NCBI RefSeq assembly: GCF_004010195.1
Contig: NC_057718.1
Span: 68,830,449 to 68,894,448 of the forward strand
Reading direction: 5' to 3'
DNA: 64,000 nucleotides
Origin: Chiloscyllium plagiosum
Taxonomy: Eukaryota
Shown here: piece after piece, positions 50,331 through 63,814 of the stretch
How the letters are laid out: every line of letters starts with the position of its first letter
Position numbering within the stretch: position 1 is the first letter of the stretch
Program-made: the position numbers and the translations under genes
Notes under the pieces: generated by a model
The model's input: only the letters and a program-made list of their open reading frames with translations
The model's database searches: none
What the model was told of the DNA's origin: nothing

Positions 50331-52629
50331 GTTGATGTATATGACCAGAGTGCACATCACAGCACTAATCAAGCTACTGAGTGTCAGGCAGGTGGCCCAT
50401 GTTTGTCTGACACAAGCTCACTTTAAACTAGCCAACCTTACTTTAAGCCAGCCTTTATTTCTTAAGGGGAGCTTCATACTCTTGTTGTTTTGTTTTGAAA
50501 CAAAAACAAAAGTGCTGGAGAAGCTCAGGCTTGGCAGAATCTATGTAACCAGAAACTGAGTTAATGACTCCTCTTCAGAATTATGTTTTGTTTGAGTAGG
50601 CCCAATAGACAACACCCATATGCTACAAATCAGTATGAATAAAACAGTAACTTGTTAATGATAAAATTATTTGATTTTTGTGGTGATGATTTAGAGACAA
50701 GTATTGGCTAGGACACCAGGGAGGATTTCCCTACTCAAAAAATAATGTACCATGGTATTCTTTTACATCCACCCAAATAGGCAAAAAGGAGCTCAGTGTA
50801 GCATATCAACTGAAAAATAGCACCTCCATGCCTCCTCTGTACTTACTACCTTTACTTAACACAAGAAGGAAAATGGCACCGAGAATAAAAACTGCTTTGA
50901 GATTCACTGTGTCAATCTACTGATTCATTGATTTAAAAAAAATTAAAAGATGTATTTGCTGCACCGAAGCAAGTATAGCGAGCAAGGAAAGAAAAAAAAA
51001 AGCAGGGATGAGGAGAATCATGCAGATAAACTTCATCATGTGCTCAATCCTGAAGGAACTTTGAGTAATGAGTACCCTACATGGAGGGAAATCTCTTCAG
51101 CTAGGGGTATAGACTCTGAAAAAAACAGGCAGCCTCAGGAATGCCTTGTTTTGAACAGGAAGAAGCGAGGTAGTGGCCAAATTTTCATAGTACATTGTGT
51201 TATGCATGTCCTTCCTATTTTTACAAAAACAAGCAGGAAATTTTGGCGCAATAGGACCATATGATGAAAATACATAGTGCTGAACTCCTACAGTGGGAGA
51301 TGACATTATTATGTTCAAACTCTTAAGTGAAGCAGATTTAGTTGTCCATGAGCTCCTGAGTATTGCTGGAGAGAAATGACTTTTAACTTCCTGAAGAGTC
51401 TGGTACAGCTGGAGAAGCCAGGTTCCAAAACATTGGAAGAAGTAATAGGGATCCTGCAGAATGATTTTTCACCAAAACCATTTGTGATTTCTGATGGGTT
51501 CAGATTCCACCAATTCAACTAACATGTTGGTGTATCTATCTCCGAGTTTTTGGCACTTTTAGAGAAGTTAGCAGAATTCTGCAGATTTGGAGACAACTTT
51601 ATTGGTGCTCTCAGAGACAGACTGATATGTGGTTTATGATGTGATGCAATCCAGAAGAGACTGCTGACAGAAAGGAACCTTGACTTAAAGCACTGGAAAT
51701 AGCAGTCTTGAATGAACTAGCTGTCAAGTCTGAGAGTTCACAAAATGGTGGCTGAGAGACAAGCACCAATGCAGAGTCAAAATTGCCATCAGTGTGACTA
51801 AATGTATCATAAGCAGCAAGTTGCTGGTGTAAAGAAGCTGTATGCAGAAACTGAGGGGAAAAAAAGTGTACAGTTTCATTGATACCTAGAAGTGTGTATT
51901 AGAAGCAGCTAAATCACATTGCGCTGCAACCCTCAGAAATTGTACAAAGAACGTACACGAGTGAAGTAGTGCCTTTTTCAGGAGCTGTATCAATGTGTAT
52001 GTTCAGTTGAAGACTTAAAGAAAGAAGTCATTTAAAGTCTGAAGATTTACCTTTACGTACTGTCAAAGGAAATTTTCCACCTTTATTGGGAAGAATGCAG
52101 TTGGAGAAAATCAAACTCAACTAGGTTGAAGTAAATTGCTTGTCAGTGCCTGAGACTGATCTATCATAAATTCTAAAGAAACATGTCATTGTTTTCAGTG
52201 GGGATCTGAGAACATGAAAACAATACCATAAATTTGAAAATAAAGGATGAGAATCCAGCAAAATATTGCTTGGCTAGATCAGTACCTTAAGTAATCAGAC
52301 CAAGGGTCAAATCAGAATTAGAGAGACTGGACAAGATGAGAGTCCTTGAACCCATAAATGAGTGATTGGGTCACCCATTTCATATTGGTGATTGGAAAAA
52401 AAATGGATTGGTATGTATCTTTGGTGATCTTAAGGTCATGAAGATCTGGTACTGTGTGACGAGTAGTGTCCATTGCCTTTACCGATGATGACCCTATTTA
52501 CTGGACCAGCTGGAGGTCAGCTTTTCAATAAAATTAATCTAAGACTAACACATTTCCAGATGAAGGTATCTCCTGAATCATTGAAATACTTGATTATATC
52601 AAGCAAAGAAATAAAATAATTCAAATTGC

Positions 52630-52835
52630 CATAGTCCAGAGGATCATAAAGCTGCTCTTTCCTTAGAGAGAGATGACTGGTGCAGTTTAACCTGAGGTTC
52701 ACTGCACACCTGGCAAGGGGAGAGGTTGAGGAGAATCCTTCGTGGTAACGTCAGCCAGTGTGGGAACAGAACCCATGCTGTTGCTATCACACTGCATTGC
52801 AAACCAGCTGTCCAGCCATCTGAGCTAACTGGCCC
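52630..52835 (-). mobile_element. tRNA-derived SINE of a second family, inserted in Gypsy RT
   Basis: Minus strand reads gttagctcagatggctgga...gggttctgttccc (A/B-box-like head); interrupts RT coding just before THKGLF. Confidence 0.6.
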
Positions 52836-53329
52836 CTTTCACACATAAAGGACTATTCAAATACAAGAGACTTCCATTTGGAATCACATCTACACCTGCA
52901 TTGTTACAAAATGCCTTGGATCAGATTTTAAGTAGATTAGATGCAGTCCAGTATTACCTAGATGATATTTTAGTCATGAGGATAAATGAAAAAGCGCATC
53001 TGCATAATTTAGATGCTACTCTGCAAAGACTTGAAGGTTACAGCTTCAGAGTGAGAAAAGACATGAATTTAAAAAAAAGGTTCCATTGAATGTTTAGGCC
53101 ATATTATTAACAGCAGAGATGATAGCCAAAAGACATTCCGGTGAGTAGGGCTTAACTTTGAAATTGAGGAGAAGACAAGAATATGTGCAGCTTGTGCAAG
53201 AGTACTCAACTTAACCCCATTATCATTATTACATCTATGACAATGGCCAGAAAAGTCATAGCAAAAAATTCCATTTTGATGAAAGAAACTGAATGAGGAG
53301 AAATAAACTATGATGTTTTAAAAACATTT

Positions 53330-55982
53330 CACATTACAGAAGAGGATGTTCGGGAGCTTTTACAGACTGTAAAGGTGGATAACTACATTGTCCACTGGAG
53401 TAGTGTCAGATGATTGGAGGGTTGCAAATGTTATTCCCTTTTTCAAGAAAAGGAACAGGGATAATCCTGTGAAGTACAGACCAGTCAGTCTTACATCTAT
53501 GGTGGGCAAACATTTGAAGAGACAAGATTTATTATTAAAAGCAAATTACTGTGGATGCTGGAACCTGAAACCAAAAGAGAAAATGCTGGAAAATCTCAGC
53601 AGGTCTGGCAGCATCTGTATGGAGAGAAAAGAGCTGATGTTTCGAGTCTAACTGACCCTTTGTCAAAGCTAAAAAAAAGGGGAGAAATAGAGAGGTATTT
53701 ATGCGAGGCTGAGAGAAGGTGAGTCATGGCTCCAGAAGCAAAAGTGGCAATAAAGAGGTGATAATGACAGTGTATAGAGAGATTATAGGGAGATTAGGAG
53801 CTGTGAATGACNNNNNNNNNNNNNNNNNNNNNNNNNNNNNNNNNNNNNNNNNNNNNNNNNNNNNNNNNNNNNNGAGAAGGGTAGCAAAGGGGGAAGAGGG
53901 GAGAAAAAGATGACGAGAGAGTGGGGAGTGAGAGAAAGAGAGACCATCAAGAAATAAGAGGTACAGAACAATGAAAAAAAAATATTTAAAAAAATGGATG
54001 AAATAAAATTATCTGAAGTTGTTGAATTCAATGTTGCTGTAACGTGCCTAATCGGAAGATGAGATGCTGTTCCTCCAGTTTGCGTTGAGCTTCACTGGAA
54101 CATTGCAGCAGGCCAAGGACAAACATGTGGGCATGGGAGCAGGATTGTGTGTTGAAGTGGCAAGCCACTGGAAGGTCCGGGACCTGATTGCGTACAGACC
54201 GAAGCTGCTCAGCAAAGCGATCACCCAGTTGGCGTTTTGTCTTTCCGATATAGAGGAGACCACATTGGGAGCAACGAATGCAATAGACCAAATAGGCCGG
54301 TCTCAACATTGAATTCAACAACTTCAGATAATTTTATTTCATTCATTTTATGTATCTTTTTAAAACTTTTTTTTCACTGTTCTGTACCTCTTACTTCTTG
54401 AATGTCTCTCTTACTCTCACTCCCCACTCTCTCATTATCTTTTTCTCTCTCTTCCCCCTTTGCTACCCTTCTCTCCTGTTTTCCATTTTGCCTCTGCTTC
54501 ACCCATCCCCCCAATCCCCCACATATTTTGTCACATAGCACTGGCTTCAGCCTTGGTCATTCACAGCTCCTAATCTCCCTATAATCTCTCTATGCACTGT
54601 CATTATCACCTCTTTATTGCGACATTTGCTTTGCTTCTGGAGCCATGACTCACCTTCTCTCAGCCTCGTATAAATACAAAGGGTCAGTTAGACTCGAAAC
54701 GTCAGCTCTTTTTTTCTCCTTTAAAGGATTTATGATTACTTTGATTTGAGGTAGTCAGCATGGCTTTGTGAGAGGCAGGTCATGCCTCACAAATCTTATT
54801 GAATTCTTTGAGGATGTGACAAAACACATTGATGAATGTAGAGCAGTGGATGTGGTGTAGATGGATTTTAGCAAGGCATTTGATAAGGTTCCCCATGGTA
54901 GGCTCATTCAGAAAGTAAGGAGGCATGGGATACAATGAAATTTGGCTGTCTGGACATAGAATTGGCTGGCACACAGACAGAGGGTGGTGGAAAGTATTCA
55001 GCCTAGAGCTCGATGGCCAGTGGTATTCCTCAGGGATCAGTTCTGGAACCACTGCTCTTTGTGATATTTATAAATGACTTAGATGAGGAAGTGGAGGTTG
55101 GGTTAGTAAGTTTGCTGAAGGTTGGTGGACTTGTGGATGGTGTGGAGGGCTGTTATAGGTTACAATGGGACTTTGACAGGATGCAGAGCTGGGCTGAGAA
55201 GTGGCAGATGGAGCTCAACCTGGAAAAGTGTGAAATGATTCACTTTGGAAGGTCAAATTTGAATGCAGAATACAGGGTTAAAGGCAGTATGGATGAACAA
55301 AGGGATCTTGGGGTCCATGTCTAAAGTTCCCTCAAAATTGCCACCCAAGTTGATAGGATTATCAAGAAGGCGTATGGTGTGTTAGATTTCATTAGCAGGG
55401 GGATTGAGTTCAAGAGCCGCAAGGTTATGCTGCTTCTCTGTAGAGCCCTGGTTAGAGCACACTTGGAATATTGTGTTCAGTTCTAGTTGCCTCATTATTG
55501 GAAGGATGTGGAGGCTTTATAGAGGGTGCAGAGGAGGTTTACCAGGATGCTGCCTGGACTGGAGGGCATATCTTATGAAGAAAGGTTAAGCGAGCTACAG
55601 CATTTCTCATTAAAACGAAGAAGGATGAGAGGTGACTTGATAGAGATGTACATGATGTTGAGAGGCATAGATGAAGTGGATAGCCAGAGACTTATTCCCA
55701 TGGCAAAAATATCTGTCATGAGGGGGCATAATTTTAAGGTAATTGGAGGAAGGTAATGGGAAGACGTCAGAGGTAGGTTCTTTACACAGGGAGTGATGTG
55801 TAAAGAATGCACTGCCAGCAGTGGTCATAGAGTCAGATACATTAGGGACATTTAAGCGACTCTTTGATAGGCACATAGAAGATAATACAATAAAGGATAT
55901 GTAGTTACTCTGAACTTCGAGTAGGGTAAAAGGCCAGTACCACATCGAGAGCCGAAGGGCCTGCACTGTTCTATGTTCTATA
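53330..55982 (+). mobile_element. CR1-type LINE nested in Gypsy, itself interrupted by a PLE
   Basis: DWRVANVIPFFKK...YRPVSLTS, GIPQGSVLEPLLFVIFINDLD and ttctatgttcta tail. Confidence 0.9.
53535..54722. mobile_element. Penelope-like element, inverted-repeat structure, GIY-YIG on minus strand
   Basis: Minus ORF LVYCIRCSQCGLLYIGKTKRQLGDRFAEQL...RKLEEQHLIFRLGTLQ. 53615-54037 is the reverse complement of 54304-54720; imperfect TSD a.gatttat.atta. Confidence 0.9.
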
Positions 55983-57505
55983 AATCTCCAGCACCTAATC
56001 TAACACATCCAAGAACGTTATGTGAAGTCAGGGAGGAAATTAAGAGGGCCCTTGCAGAAATATTTACACCATCTATAACTACGAGTGAGGTGCTGATGGC
56101 TGGAGGGTGGCTAATGTTGTACCTTTGTTTAAGAAACATTGTAAGAAGAGACTGGGGAACTGTAGACCTGTGAATCTGACTTTGGTTGTAGGTAAATTAT
56201 AGGAGTTGATTATAAAGTAGGATTTATAGACATTTAGAGAGGCAACAATTGATTAAGGATGGTCAGTATGGTTTTGTGTGTGGAAAATTGTGTCTCACAC
56301 CGCCCACACCACTGTGCCACCGTGCCGCCCACACCACTGTGCCACCGTGCTGCCTGCTAATGTTGTACCTTTGTTTAAGAAACATTGTAAGAAGAGACTG
56401 GAGAACTGTAGACCTGTGAATCTGACTTTGGTTGTAGGTAAATTATTGGAGTTGATTATAAAGTAAGATTTATAGACATTTAGAGAGGCAACAATTGATT
56501 AAGGATGGTCAGTATGGTTTTGTGTGTGGAAAATTGTGTCTCACAAACTTGACTGAGTTTTTTGAGGAAGTTACCAAAATGGTGGTTGATGGCAGACCTG
56601 TAGACGCTGGTCATTTGGATTTTAGTTAAGCCTTTGACAAGGTTCCGCATGGTAGACTAATTAGTAAAGTTAGGTTACATTGGATTCAGGGTGAGCTTGC
56701 CAACTGGATATATAATTGGCTTAACAGCAAATGATAGAGTAATGGTGGTGGATTGCTTTTTGGACTGGAGGCCTGTGGTCAGTGGTGTTTCACAGGGAAT
56801 GGTTCTTGGTCTTTTGTATAAATTTGTATAAATGATTTGGATGAGAATATAAGAAGGCATGTTTGTGGATGACACCAATATTGGTGACATAGTAGACAGT
56901 GAAGGTTGTCCAAGATTACAAAGGGATCTTGATCAAGTGGGGTCAATGGGCTGAAAAATAGCAGATGGAGTACAGTCTGGATAAAGGTGAGGTATTGCAT
57001 TGTGGTACAACAAACAAGGGTAGGGCTTATACAGTTAAAGGTAGAGCCTTGGGTAGCTTTGTAGAACAGATGGACCTAGGGATACAGGCACATAATTCTT
57101 TAAAGATTGCTGCACATACAGACAGGGCGGTTATAAAGTCATTTGGCCCGCTTGCCTTCACACTCAGTCCTTTGTACGGGACATTGGTGAAACCTCTTCT
57201 GGAATACAGTGTCCAGTTCTGACCACCCAGTTAGAGGATAAATATTAGCAAGCTGGAGAGGGTTCAGAAGAGATTTACCTGAATGATGCCAAGTATGGAA
57301 GGTTTGAGTTATTAAAAAAAAGGCTGGATGGGCTTGGACTTCTTTACTGGAGCTTAAGAGGTTGAAAGGTGACCTAGTAGAAGTTGATAAAAATAATGAG
57401 AGGTATAGATAGAGTTCATGGTAGGTGTCTTTTCCCTAAGATGGGGAATTTCAAGACTAGGGGGCATATTTTAAGATGAGAGGAGAGACATTTAATAAAA
57501 ACGTG
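55983..57505 (+). mobile_element. Degenerate CR1-type LINE nested in Gypsy, with internal 190-bp tandem duplication
   Basis: RT remnants (ANVVPLFKK; gcctttgacaaggttccgcatgg; gtggatgacacc); 56110-56299 repeats at 56356-56545. Confidence 0.85.
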
Positions 57506-57869
57506 ACAGGCAATCCAGAGCAACTTGTTAGTGATAATAGTCTACAGTTCGTATCACAAGAGTTTACAGACCATCGAAAGCAGATTGGAATTCAACATAT
57601 TTATCTCCCAACCACACATGGTTTTGCAGAAAGGTTTGTTCAGAAAATGAAACATTCCTTTAGGGTAACTTAAGAACAAGGATCACTATCCAAAACACCA
57701 AACCAATTTTTATTATCATACTGGAACACAACCCACTTAATGACTAAAAGTTCCAAGTCATTGGTCATGGTAAAGCCTCAATCGTTGAACTTATCCATGA
57801 CAAATTATATTGTTAACAGAAACAACAGAATAAATGAGAGAACAAAGCCAAGTGCTGAATTTCCAGAAT

Positions 57870-58352
57870 GGTCAAGAAGTTTGCAGGTAAAGGAATCGCT
57901 AGAAAATGAGAAATCTTCAAAAATGAGATAATGAGAGTCTAGAGACAATCTGTTCCTGTTAGGGTGATAGGCAAGACTGGCAAGTGTAGGGAATGCTGGT
58001 TGAGTACAGAAATTGAGATTTTGGTCAAGAAAAAGGAGGAAGCACATGTCAGGTGCAGACAGCAGAGATCAAGTGAATCCTTAGAAGAGAATAAAGGCAG
58101 TAGGAATATAATTGAGGGAAATCAAGAGGGAAAAAAGGGGGACATGAGATAGCTTTGGCAAATAGAGTTAAGGAGAATTTAAAAGAATTTTACAAACACA
58201 TTAAAGACAAAAGGGTAACTAGGGAGAGAATAGGGCCTCGTAAAGAATAGCAAGGCAACCTATGTGTGGAACCGCAGCAGATTGGGGGAGGTACATTGCA
58301 GCATGGGAAAGTTGGACCAAAGGGTCTGTTTTTGTGCTGTACATCTCTGACT
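57870..58352 (+). mobile_element. CR1 fragment (linker region fused to 3' tail) nested in the Gypsy integrase region
   Basis: Homologous to 15455-15835; ends ggaccaaagggtctgtt...acatctctgactc. Confidence 0.8.
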
Positions 58353-59812
58353 CGAGAAGTGTTGCTGAGGAATTATCTCACTGGCAAGAATTGGCTACCA
58401 GCCTTCATCGTAGCACAGACTGGACTGCTTTCCTATACCATAGGAAAGAAAGACTATGTAGTATGGATGTTCCCAGGATTGCATTCATTGAAAATACACA
58501 AAAAAAGTTGTATCAACAGACACCTGGATGTTCCTGAGGGCCAAACAGTGACTGGAGCATCTGAGAAAGACAGTAGCTTTCATGGAGAAAACAACATTTG
58601 TGTGATCCTCCAAGGATTTAATCATCTCAGGAACAAGAATGACAGATGATTTTTCTAATGCACCTCAATCACCAGACGTTAAAGCCAACGAGAAAAATAG
58701 AGACGCCTGAAGTACATCAACAGCCACACAAGAATTTGTTTTTTTGGAATGTCTTACTGACTGACTTTACTTCAAATGATTCTAAAGGATTTACAACATT
58801 TCATGAAAGGAACGCCTGATGTAAAATGGGAGGGATGTTGTGTAATTATGTAAGTATGGTAAACTGCCACTTTGAGTCTGGTCATGTGATGTAATAATGA
58901 CGTCAGGCATTTCGGGCAGAAAGCAGTTTACTGTAATCTTGCTACCTGTAGAATAAACATCTCCTTAATAAAGCTGCTGTTTAATGCTCCAGCCTTCTTA
59001 GTCCTTTGTAGAACTTAACAACTGTGAAGGCAATGGAATCAAAGCAGAAGTAGCGGTCACTGCCAACATTCTAACCCAAAAATCTTTGTGCAGTTCAGGG
59101 AGAAGTTTATTTACTTCACCTGAGCAAATAAGGTCAGGAATACAACTTTAAATGCTACGGCTATAGGATGGAGTACTAGATGCACACATTGCTTCATTCG
59201 CCATCACCCCGACACGCCATCACCTTTTGCTCACTCCGACCGCCCCCCCCCCCAATCAACCACAAACATTCAATGTATAAAAGCAAATTGCTGCAGATAT
59301 ACTGCTTATCCTTGATCAAGCATGGCTTACGTTAGCCACATTTCATCTCATGCTTGCATAGTTAACATTGCTGCAAGCTTGATATCCACATCTCTCAGCC
59401 TGCGCATTTATGCTAGTGATCCAAAAATGACTGGCACAGCACCTAAACACATTGTATTGTACTCAGTGACAACTGTGTTCCCTTACAGGATAGGGTGGCA
59501 TCTAACACAGGTAGCAATGTAAATCAGACTGGGGACAGACATGACCATATGTCCTCAGCACATGGAGAAGGTGAGACTGGTGGTCATTGGTGTGGCCACG
59601 ACAGGGGCTCTGTCAAGAATGGGATGGACACCGTAAAAGATGTGGTCCCTAACTAATCCATCTAATCACATTAACCCTCATCTCACCTCATTCTGATATA
59701 CAAACTGCAGATGGTGGAAAAGAGAACGTTAGAGGGAAATAAGGATTATGCTTTTTTTTTTATAAATATAGGTTTGTGAAAGCTTTCTGTATTTTCTTTC
59801 TCCATTTGTCAG

Positions 59813-59874
59813 GTTGGCTCTCACCAGTTACGACTCACCCGTGGTATCGAAGCTGATGCTCCTGCTTTCGACAG
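59813..59874 (+). CDS. SYNJ2: SYNJ2-like coding exon (probably exon 6), Sac1 domain
   Basis: Acceptor tccatttgtcag|GTTGGC and donor AG|gtattg; 62 bp, phase 0-2. Translates [20 protein letters not shown](R), resembling recalled SYNJ2 [21 protein letters not shown]. Confidence 0.93.
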
Positions 59875-60009
59875 GTATTGTGTATTATTGAAACTCTGTC
59901 TTATAATATAAACAGTACTGAGTCTACATATCAAATAATCTTGATATTAGAAAATAATAGAGCAACAACAACTTGTATCACTATGATTAGTGTAATAAAA
60001 CATTAGCAA

Positions 60010-60305
60010 GGTTCTGGATTTAGGTTTGCTTGCAGAGCTAGAAGGTTCATTTCAAGATGTTTCCTCATCTTATGAGGTAACATCTTCGGTGGGCCTCTGG
60101 GTGAAGCATTGTTGACAATTCCTGCTTTCTATTTATATGTTTGGGTTTCTTTGGGTCGGTGATGTCATTTCCTGTGGTGACATCATTTCCTGTGGCGATG
60201 TCATGGCATTCCTACTGGAACTCTATCAACAACCACATCGAGTTAGACCCCATGTGCCACCCCCTGAGAAAAAGAACAGGAAACGACGTCACCACAGGAA
60301 ATGAT
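60010..60305. mobile_element. PLE fragment with inversion (same family as 8925-10030)
   Basis: ggttctggatttaggtttgct...gaaggttcatttc; inverted gtcatttcctgtggtga / tcaccacaggaaatga. Confidence 0.75.
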
Positions 60306-62204
60306 GAGCTGTTTTAAAGGAGTATTTTGAAGTAAATTAGGATAACCAGTCACAAGAAAAGGAGCATCTTAAAGGAGGAGACAGACAGGTGTAAGAGAGC
60401 TTGAGGCTTAGGCTGGGTGTTCTTAGCACTAGGTTGCATATCTCATGGGTGGCAGAGGTACCATTTGGAATCATAATTTCCTTTATTCCCCTTGTGTGAG
60501 AGTCTAGGACCAGTGGGCATCATCTTAGAGTATGAGGTTACCTATTTAACACAGATGAGCTTTTTCTCTGAGTCATGAATACATGGAATCCTTTAGCACA
60601 GTGGGCTGTCAAAACTGGGTCATTAGGTATATTCAAGGCTGAAATAGACACATTTCTAATAATTAAGGCAATCAATACTAGAATAAGACAAGAAAGTGGA
60701 GTTGAGGACTATCAGCTCAGTCATTATCTCATTGACTGAGCAGGCTCCATGGGCCTAATAATTTACCTGTGTTCCTACATCTATGGCCTCTGAGGCACCA
60801 GTGATGACTATGGAGAGGAGACTATGGTGGGACAGACCTGAAATCACTGGCAGATTGTTGCCAAACAGCATAACAGTGGATGTTGAGCCCAAAGTACTCG
60901 CCATTTTTAGTGGGGAGTGCCAGGTGATCCAGGCTGGTTGTGTGCTAACTTTCTGCAAACAGAAGCAGGCAAGTGCAGCATGGTGACTGATTTTTAGTCA
61001 ATAAACCAGGGAGTCACATGGTTGAGCTCGGAAGGTGAGCATGTGGGTGCAGTTGGAGTGGGACTTGCTGAATCTTCTATCATGAGGGAATATTGAAGAG
61101 TTTGGCCAAAACTACCTGATACACAAAAATTAACATTTTTCAGAGTATTTTAAAAGCAAAACTTTCATAATCGTGTCCCATAGGTCGTGACAAAATCTGT
61201 AAGTGTGCAAAAATATCATGAATCCACCAAAAACTCAAGTTGCCTGACCGACCCCGCCCAGGACAAAGCAAACTACACTAGCCTTTTTTTCAGGAACAGT
61301 AAAAGAAATTCTATTCATTGTGACGCTTAACTTCAATAAAAGCAATAAACAGATGATTTATACAACTTAAGCTTATTCCTCTTCAAATTTCCCAAATGCA
61401 CACATTTTCAATCAAGGTTAAGACAGATGAAAGACAAGTCATTTGGTGTACTATGGATGGAAAGGAGCATACGATAAACAAAATTATGAACATTAAAGTC
61501 CAGACCACAATGTGGAAACTGCTTTTTCTCTCTCAGTTCTTTTTGATGTGTGTATTGGAGTGATGCTGTTGACTTTCTGTTCGATGGATGATCAGATGAA
61601 CTTTATTTCTTTTAACTTTATGGGGTTTTTTGGCTTTTCACCACATGAAGAGTGGTCAGGATAGGGTTCGTGGTTGGATTCTGTTTGCAGGCTGGATGTT
61701 TACACACTTTCTGCTGCCCTTAGCATTTGCAGTCTTTCAACACTGCAAATCAGCCAATCAGAGAGCCATTGCCATGCAGAATTTTCTTAACTTGGAAGTG
61801 TTTAGTGACAACTTTCTCCACATTTTTCTTGCAAAAAGCCACATTGTGTGGCACAACTCAGCAATATGCATTATTTAATTATCCATATTGCAAATATTTG
61901 GTTCTTCGATTAAGGTGGTGCAACTTTCAGTTTATCATTCAAATAACTGGAAAATATGTGGTCTCTTTCAATGGGCAGGTACAGCAAATGATTAGGAAAA
62001 CAGATGGTGTTTATTGTAAAGAGGGTTGGAATATAAAAGTAGGGATTTTTGACTGCAGTTGTTAAGGGTTTTGGAGGCTGGGTCATTGAATTTATCCAAA
62101 GCTGAGTTAGGAGTTATGGAACCGCATCTGAAACTGGAGTTGAGACCACTGTTAGATCAATCATTCATCAATTATTGAATGGTGGATATGCTTGATAGAA
62201 TGGT

Positions 62205-63020
62205 GGATAGGTGTTTGATAAGGTTCCCCATGGTATGCTGATGGAGAAAATGAAGTCGCATATGGTCCAGGGTGTACTAATTAGATACATAGAGAACTGG
62301 CCGGGCAGCAGAAGACAGAGAGTAGTAGTGGAAGGGAGTTTCTCAAAATGGAGAACTGTGACCAGCGGTGTTCCACAGGGATCCATTTTGGGACCACTGT
62401 TGTTTGTGATATACATAAATGATTTGGAGGAAGGTGTAGGTTGCCTCATTCAACAAGTTTGCAGATGACACTAAGAGTGGTGGAGTAGCAGATGATGAAG
62501 GGACTGTCAGAGAATACATCAGAATATAGATAGCTTGGAAAGTTGGGCAGAGAAATAGCAGATGGAGTTCAATCCGGGCAAATACGAGGTGATGCATTTT
62601 GGTAGATCCAATTCATGAGCGAACTGTACGGTAAATGGAAAAGCCCTGGGGATAATTGATGTACGGAGAGATCTGGATGTTCAGGTCCATTGAACCATGA
62701 AGGCCTCAACGCAGGTTGATAGTGTGGTCAAGAAGGCATCCGGCATGCTTTCCTTCATTTAGGGGTGGGGGGATGTGGTGGGGGGGAGTTCTTTACGCAG
62801 ATGGTGGCAGGTGCCTGGAATGCATTGCCAGCGGAGGTGGTAGAGGCGGGCACGATAGTGTCATTTAAGATGTATTTAGACAGATACATGAATGGGCAGG
62901 GAGCAGAGGGATACAGATCCTTAGAAAGGTTTAGATAGAGGATCTGGATTGGCGCAGGTTTGGAGGACCGAAGAGCCTGTTCCTGTGCTGTAATTTTCTT
63001 TGTTCCCTTTTGTTCTTTGA
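62205..63020 (+). mobile_element. CR1-type LINE fragment with internal deletion
   Basis: FDKVPHGML...[23 protein letters not shown]; 3' end cctgttcctgtgctgtaattttctttgttc. Confidence 0.88.
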
Positions 63021-63814
63021 TGGCTGAATGGTCAATTCCTGCTCCTAATTACTTTGTTTGTATTTCCCAACTGCTGATCATATCTCTTGATTTCCTCAGC
63101 AACAAACAAAATCTACCTCAGCTTTAAATATGGTCAGCAAAGGAGCATGATAAAATAATCTGGGTTAGATAATTCCAATGACTTGCAACTCTTTCGGAAA
63201 GTCTCAGCATCAATCCTGTCAAGTCTGTACATAATCTTGCATGTTTCAATAAGATCAGCTCCATTCTTCTAAACTTCAGAAGGTATCTTATCATATGACA
63301 ACCTTCATCACAAAATTACAGAATTGTTGAAGTATCTTAGAATCATTATTCCACAAACCACTGAACCTTTACTGCATTGCATCCAATACAAGTACGTCTT
63401 TAGACCAAACCTATGCACAGTTTGTATAGTCTTACCAAAACCCTGTACCATCTTAACAACACCCTTGTTGCAACTGCTACCTCTGGAAGCAGGCATCAGA
63501 TAGCAGTTAAGGTGGGTGAATGACAAGGCCAACAAGCCGTGGAGGTGTACCACTCTTTATTGCAACAGTAACCCAATTGTATTGAACAGTACCATTCCTC
63601 ATCCCTAAGCCCCATCCTTATTAAATGCCTGTGTCCCATAGTCACTCTTAGTACTCCACATCACTCCACACCCATTCCTGTGCTACCTCTTACTTCCATT
63701 GTCCTTTCATGTCCCCTTCATATCACCTGCCTCTTTAAGGTTTTCTCCATATTCTGATAGCCACATCCAGTATCCACAACAGGTAGAGTTCAGGAACATG
63801 TCTTTGAAATGAAT

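Larger units (their letters stand above)
50870..59020 (+). mobile_element. Decayed Ty3/Gypsy LTR retrotransposon (gag, RT, integrase, PPT, 3' LTR), fragmented by nested CR1, PLE and SINE insertions
   Basis: PBS-like tggcaccgag near 50874. Gag-like LKSLVQLEKPGSKTLEEV...LAEFCRFG...ALRDRLICGL at ~51390-51640. RT HKGLFKYKRLPFGITSTPA...YYLDDILV at ~52840-53089. Integrase GNPEQLVSDNSLQFVSQEF...GFAERFVQKMK at ~57508-57660. PPT aaaatgggaggga, then LTR TG...AACA at 58836-59020 with AATAAA. Confidence 0.88.

Noticed and set aside
53630..53670. Hammerhead motif in the 53535-54722 PLE family
   Set aside because: GAAAC and a stem are present, but the core reads UUGACAA rather than CUGANGA and the other arm has lost it; cannot be called.
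4006..59874. Assignment to SYNJ1
   Set aside because: Diagnostic residues (AYGCLG, GCVSVGRI, DFVPLQEE, GHVSNF, SFVQIRG, LRL.RG) fit recalled SYNJ2 better; a phylogeny or synteny check would settle it.
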